From an uncultured Akkermansia sp. (GTDB lineage: Bacteria; Verrucomicrobiota; Verrucomicrobiia; Verrucomicrobiales; DEV007): a DNA stretch of 64,000 nucleotides. This document shows, piece after piece, positions 59,757 to 64,000 of this stretch. Both the position numbers and the translations under genes were made by a program. The stretch covers positions 25,109-89,108 of the forward strand of contig CAZOUP010000003.1 of NCBI GenBank assembly GCA_964583035.1, given 5' to 3'. How positions within the stretch are numbered: the first letter of the stretch is position 1; each line of letters starts with the position of its first letter. Under the pieces are notes generated by a model, which searched no databases, was not told the DNA's origin, and saw nothing but the letters and a program-made list of their open reading frames with translations.

Positions 59757-59852
59757 GGTCCCGGGACGAAAACTAGAGGAAAACGCGGGTCAATTTCCGG
59801 AGCGATGGCCCTGGTGCGACGCCTGCGAGCAGAAGCGCACCGGAGCACAGCA

Positions 59853-60035
59853 TTACCTGCCGTGCTGAACCGTGTGACGCTTATACTGAATCTCAGCGCC
59901 TTTAGGAATAAGGCGCTTACGACCTTTCTGGCGACGGCGCTTAATGATGTCGCGACCGGCCTTAGTTGCCATGCGGGAGCGGAATCCGTGCTGATTTTTG
60001 CGCGAACGTTTTGAAGGTTGGTAGGTCCGTTTCAT
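59853..60035 (-). CDS. rpmH: 50S ribosomal protein L34 with C-terminal extension
   Basis: MKRTYQPS...[13 protein letters not shown]...[10 protein letters not shown]. Confidence 0.97.
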   Translation of the reverse strand: MKRTYQPSKRSRKNQHGFRSRMATKAGRDIIKRRRQKGRKRLIPKGAEIQYKRHTVQHGR

Positions 60036-60171
60036 GTCTTACGGTAAAAAAGGATTCGTTACTGCTGTGTGGTGCGCTCTTGGCGCAGGGGAGAGAAATG
60101 ACTTCCACTCTCTCCCGGGTCCCTGCGAGTCAGTCTGGCGATAGGATCGCCATACCAGTCGGAGGGCCGCA

Positions 60172-60199
60172 ACGATAAAAGAAAAGTCTGAAAAGTCAA
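60172..60199 (-). promoter_or_regulatory. Sigma-70-type promoter for the rpmH operon
   Basis: TTGACT (60194-60199), 16 bp, TATCGT (60172-60177), followed by a GC-rich discriminator. Confidence 0.6.
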
Positions 60200-60217
60200 C
60201 GCGAGTTCTGAAAGCTG

Positions 60218-61705
60218 TTATTCAAGGCGTTCAAGCTGACTGATTCCATACTGGATTAGTTGTTGATTGACGAGCTGAGAGGTTTTGTCATCGACATAAA
60301 TCACCTTCGGATAATCGACAAATTCGATCGTGTGAATGCCGTCTGCGGGTGCTTTACCCAACGCAGCAGAGAGGCCTTTGATGTTCTTGATCGAAATTCC
60401 GTTCACTTTTGTGATGATCGCAGAATTCAGGCTTTCGTATCCCAGCGTGCTCGGAGTCTTGAGGACATTGCTCAGGAAGACGAGTTTGTCGCGCTCCTGT
60501 TCTTCCCACTCTTCAGGGTTGGCATTGGCGTGCACCAGCTTGAAGGGAGCGCGATTGACCCATTCGTCGCCCCAGCTTTCAAGATAGGGGAGGGTCAGTT
60601 CCTGAAAGATGAGCCCGCCGAAAATCACATACTTCGGTCCGCGGTCGAACATGTAGGGATCGATGAGGAAGTCTTCGGGCCGTTTGCGAATCAGCTCAAC
60701 TTCGACCGTTTGCGCTGCCTTGTCCCTGATGATGTCGAGAGAAATAGTGTCTCCGACCTTGGCGTCGCCGCGGACGAGGTGTGAAAAGCTCAGCTTTCCA
60801 TAGTCGGGGTGGGTGTAATTGCCGCGCGAGTCGATGGTTTGCCCATTGATCGAAAGGATGACGTCGCCTTTTTTCAGGCCCCCTTTTTCAGCGGAGCTAT
60901 CCGTCGCGACATTGTGGATGAAGACTCCACCCTCTTCGCCTTCGACCCCGGCGAATTCGCGCAGGGTTTCGTCGAGCAATTGACTGATGCCGATGCCGAG
61001 ATTGGGGAATCCCCCGTATTCGCCATCTTCGAGATCGGCGAGGAACGCTTTAATAATAGGAACGGGGAGAACGGAGGCGGTCTGCTCTTTTGAGGAATAG
61101 CTCAGGAGCATGCCGCAGAGTTTCCCATTTTTCACCACTGGGAGCGTGAAGCTGTTCACCCGTGCCTGAAGTGATCCCTTCACCTGATAGAGGAGAAAGA
61201 CGGATCCGGGGATGAAATAGCGACCGACGTTGACGCGGAGCACATCGACGTCGGTGGTGACGCCGTCGCCGTTGTCTTCGATTTGCCAGACCTGAAGGGT
61301 CTCCCCGGCGGTGACCGATCCGTCGAGTTCGAGAGGGGAAAGTCCTTCAAACACCGTCGAGCTGTCATTCACGGGCTCAAGGACGGCGAGATTCGCCTCG
61401 TAATCGAGCCCGACGATGCGGGCCGCGACGCGATCACCGTTAGAGGGATGCTCGAGCTCAAGAAAGGTGGAGTTCACGACCAGTTCGGCAGTGACGAGGA
61501 CACGGTTGCCTTCGAGCACAGCACCGAGGCCCCGACGCGGCGTGGGAGCGCCTTTCTCCCAGGGGCGGAGGAAGTTGTAGCTCTGAAGTGTCGCGTTGAC
61601 GCGGACGATTGAATTCTCCGGCGAGGCATCCTGGGAGCTAACGGAGGCCGGGAGAGAGAGGGAGACGAGAATGGCGAGGAGCCATTTGGATGAATAGAAA
61701 GTCAT
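60218..61705 (-). CDS. Deg2/HtrA-like trypsin-fold + PDZ protein, catalytically degenerate
   Basis: Collinear with its upstream paralog, but TAELV replaces TNAHV, ANLA replaces CDLA and VNSFTLP replaces GNSGGP; signal peptide. Confidence 0.82.
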   Translation of the reverse strand: MTFYSSKWLLAILVSLSLPASVSSQDASPENSIVRVNATLQSYNFLRPWEKGAPTPRRGLGAVLEGNRVLVTAELVVNSTFLELEHPSNGDRVAARIVGLDYEANLAVLEPVNDSSTVFEGLSPLELDGSVTAGETLQVWQIEDNGDGVTTDVDVLRVNVGRYFIPGSVFLLYQVKGSLQARVNSFTLPVVKNGKLCGMLLSYSSKEQTASVLPVPIIKAFLADLEDGEYGGFPNLGIGISQLLDETLREFAGVEGEEGGVFIHNVATDSSAEKGGLKKGDVILSINGQTIDSRGNYTHPDYGKLSFSHLVRGDAKVGDTISLDIIRDKAAQTVEVELIRKRPEDFLIDPYMFDRGPKYVIFGGLIFQELTLPYLESWGDEWVNRAPFKLVHANANPEEWEEQERDKLVFLSNVLKTPSTLGYESLNSAIITKVNGISIKNIKGLSAALGKAPADGIHTIEFVDYPKVIYVDDKTSQLVNQQLIQYGISQLERLE

Positions 61706-61740
61706 AGGAATGAAAATGGGGTTAGCTGCGGATCTCGGAA

Positions 61741-63453
61741 TCAGGCGGCTTCTTTAAGCGGTTCGGCTGTTTCCTTCGATTCTGATTCTTCGGCGGATTC
61801 CTCTTCCTCGACCGGAGCCAGTTTGTCTTTTAGTTGCATGATTTCCGGCTCTTCGATGAAATGATCGAACCCGACATTGTACTTTGCCTTTATGCGCACG
61901 TGCGCCGCCGCCGAATCTTTCCGCTTCAGAACAAGAGGGCGACCTTCGCCGACGAGGCGAACGACATGGAAGTCTTCGTAGCCATCCTCGTGGAAATCGC
62001 CGTAGAAAGCATCGTGCACATCCTGAACGAGGCCGATTTTTTTGCCGTTGATCGTATCGACGACCTTGTGAATGTAGCCCTTCAAGTGGGTGTTGGTCGA
62101 GTCAGGGAGCACTTCCGTAAGAATAATGACTTGCGGGCGCTCGCGGTAAATTTCGTCCTGACTGAAGAAGGTATAATGATAGCGGGTTTGCAGGTCGCTG
62201 ATCGAGTGAGCCGCCATGAGATTGCGATCCAGAGGCTGAAACTGAAGTCCGGCATAGAGCACGAAGTTCGGCTGCTTGTCATACTGGCTTGCTTGAATCA
62301 GATACGGGAGGAAGCGTTTCAGCTCGAGGGTGATCTCTTCACGCGCCCCGTTTCGCCAAACTTCGAGATCGACGGTGTCGCCGGCGAACTTCCGCTCAAT
62401 GATTTCGTTGAGGTCGATGCGCTCGCCCTCGATTTCGATGAATCCGTCCGAGGCGATCGTGTATCCGTCGATCGAAAGGAGCACGTCTTTGGTTTTCAAA
62501 ATCCCGCCTGCGGCTCCGGCGGCATCAGCTTCGGCGACCATGACGCCGACCCCGTCGTTGGGAAGTTTCAGCGCCGCTCGTTGCGCGGGATTGAGAATGT
62601 TAATCACGCTCGTGGCGAGATCGACGTAAAAATCGTAGCTCCCGTCCTCGACATCTTTCAGAAAGCGTTCAATGACCGGGACGGGAATCATGTAGCCGGT
62701 GTTTTGCGCGACCGCGCCTGAGTATCCCTGGAAGGCGACCCCGACAACCTGATTATTTTGCAGGACCGGACCGCCTGAGTTTCCCGGGTTAATCGCCGCA
62801 TCGACCTGGATGCTGAGATGATTATCGACGCTGGAGTGGCTGTAGGTTCGAAAATCGATCCGCGAGACAACCCCGCGAGTCACCGAGATGCGTTCACCGC
62901 CGATGGGGTAACCGACCGCGACCACCGTGGTGTTGAGCTTGGGGATTCCCCCAATGAAGAGTGGTTGGAGATTGGCAAAGGCACCTTCGAATTCTTCGTC
63001 CGACTGAAGCTCGAGGAGGGCGAGGTCGCAATCATGCGCGACATTGACAACGCGGGCTTCGTAGGGTTTCGGGTCACTCATTTTCTTGATGTAAATGAGG
63101 CGTGCATCACTCACGACGTGGGCGTTTGTAAGGAAACGATTCGGTCCCACGAGGAAGCCGGTCCCGTTTCCGCTGTTCATTCCGCCGATATTCCAGGGGA
63201 CGCGGTAGTTGGGCTGCTTCGTATCGACCTCGACGCGAACGATGGCGTCCATGTCGACCTCGGAAATATCCGCCTGCACCGACTCCGGAGGAGGCATTTC
63301 AACGGAGGGGGCAGTCGGCGGGGTGAGTGGTCCTGAAATTAATTCCGGAGCGTCCTGAGCGATCGCTTTGAAATTACAGGTGAGGAAGAGTCCGGTGCCG
63401 ACCACAAGAATGGCCGCAGAGATTCCGTAAAGAGAGAGGCGTGGGGTGTTCAT
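61741..63453 (-). CDS. Deg2/HtrA-like serine protease with PDZ domains (active triad)
   Basis: LTNAHVV (His), CDLALL (Asp), INPGNSGGP (Ser); SVTRGVVSR; signal/TM N-terminus. Confidence 0.93.
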   Translation of the reverse strand: MNTPRLSLYGISAAILVVGTGLFLTCNFKAIAQDAPELISGPLTPPTAPSVEMPPPESVQADISEVDMDAIVRVEVDTKQPNYRVPWNIGGMNSGNGTGFLVGPNRFLTNAHVVSDARLIYIKKMSDPKPYEARVVNVAHDCDLALLELQSDEEFEGAFANLQPLFIGGIPKLNTTVVAVGYPIGGERISVTRGVVSRIDFRTYSHSSVDNHLSIQVDAAINPGNSGGPVLQNNQVVGVAFQGYSGAVAQNTGYMIPVPVIERFLKDVEDGSYDFYVDLATSVINILNPAQRAALKLPNDGVGVMVAEADAAGAAGGILKTKDVLLSIDGYTIASDGFIEIEGERIDLNEIIERKFAGDTVDLEVWRNGAREEITLELKRFLPYLIQASQYDKQPNFVLYAGLQFQPLDRNLMAAHSISDLQTRYHYTFFSQDEIYRERPQVIILTEVLPDSTNTHLKGYIHKVVDTINGKKIGLVQDVHDAFYGDFHEDGYEDFHVVRLVGEGRPLVLKRKDSAAAHVRIKAKYNVGFDHFIEEPEIMQLKDKLAPVEEEESAEESESKETAEPLKEAA

Positions 63454-63507
63454 ACAAAAAGCGCCGTTCCGACTGTCATGAAGGCAGGAAGTCGGAGGGC
63501 GAGCGCA

Positions 63508-63535
63508 AGTGTAAGGTTCGGCGAATGAAAGTCAA
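63508..63535 (-). promoter_or_regulatory. Sigma-70-type promoter for the Deg protease pair
   Basis: TTGACT (63530-63535), 16 bp, TACACT (63508-63513). Confidence 0.6.
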
Positions 63536-63719
63536 CGCTACCGGATCACTCAAAGACGGGTGCGAAAACGTGCATCCGGATGAGGAGTGAACAGGGTTAG
63601 CTGGGTGATCTAAGGGGGTTAGGAGTGACGTTTTGAATTTTCCCGCCTCGCAGGTCCCGCGCGAAGATCATGACACGTAAACTGGTTGCGCGGTTCCGCC
63701 ATCCGCCGTTTTCTGGGCG

Positions 63720-64000
63720 ATGAATTATCTCATCGTGATCGAATTTCTCGCTGTCATCGTTTCGGCGATCTACGGGGTGCTTTTGGCAGCGCGGAAGGGC
63801 ATGGACGTCATGGGTGTTTTCGCGGTTTCGTTTGCGGTGGCTTTCGGAGGCGGCACGTTGCGCGATCTCTTTCTGGATCGGACGCCGCTTTTCTGGATCG
63901 GAAATCCTCATTACCCGATGATAGTTCTCGGCATCGCGGTTTTTTCCGGATTCATCGTGCGCTACATCGATCACATAAAACCACTCCTCGTTTTTCCCGA
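63720..64000 (+). CDS. TRIC/UPF0126 (YadS-like) membrane protein, truncated by the window end
   Basis: Own translation: MNYLIVIEFLAVIVSAIYGVLLAARKGMDVMGVF...AFGGGTLRDLFL. Confidence 0.88.
   Translation, partial: MNYLIVIEFLAVIVSAIYGVLLAARKGMDVMGVFAVSFAVAFGGGTLRDLFLDRTPLFWIGNPHYPMIVLGIAVFSGFIVRYIDHIKPLLVFP

Noticed and set aside
60036..60217. oriC next to rpmH
   Set aside because: No dnaA, no DnaA-box cluster and no extended AT-rich unwinding element seen

Overview
A mostly core-genome, GC-rich bacterial window of about 52 genes. Gene content and style suggest Verrucomicrobiota (inference). Housekeeping genes: glyQS, lpxK, rph, ftsH, mtnP, hisA, prs-rplY, ruvA, xerD, cysI-cysJ, scpA-scpB-pheA, efp, uvrB, rpoZ and rpmH-rnpA-yidD-yidC. 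Other content: a type IV pilus/T2SS-like operon with two tandem ATPases, two sugar-nucleotide genes with a relic between them, two sulfatases, a ParDE toxin-antitoxin pair, a GH50-like protein and many proteases. I found no tRNA, rRNA, CRISPR array, IS or prophage. The most striking pattern is several intact genes whose family-defining catalytic residues are replaced. (1) An active Deg2-like protease sits next to a paralog that has lost its catalytic triad, and the pair's promoter resembles the rpmH promoter. (2) A double pseudokinase follows the pilin gene. (3) A Cys-free YafK/DpaA-type L,D-transpeptidase-family protein has Ser at the nucleophile position. (4) A GH50-like barrel lacks its catalytic glutamates. 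(5) A sulfatase has CRPSL instead of CxPxR. Also notable are a ZitP/AgmX-like zinc-ribbon membrane protein next to xerD and an ATP-grasp gene overlapping ruvA. All family calls come from motif recognition by eye; no searches were run.
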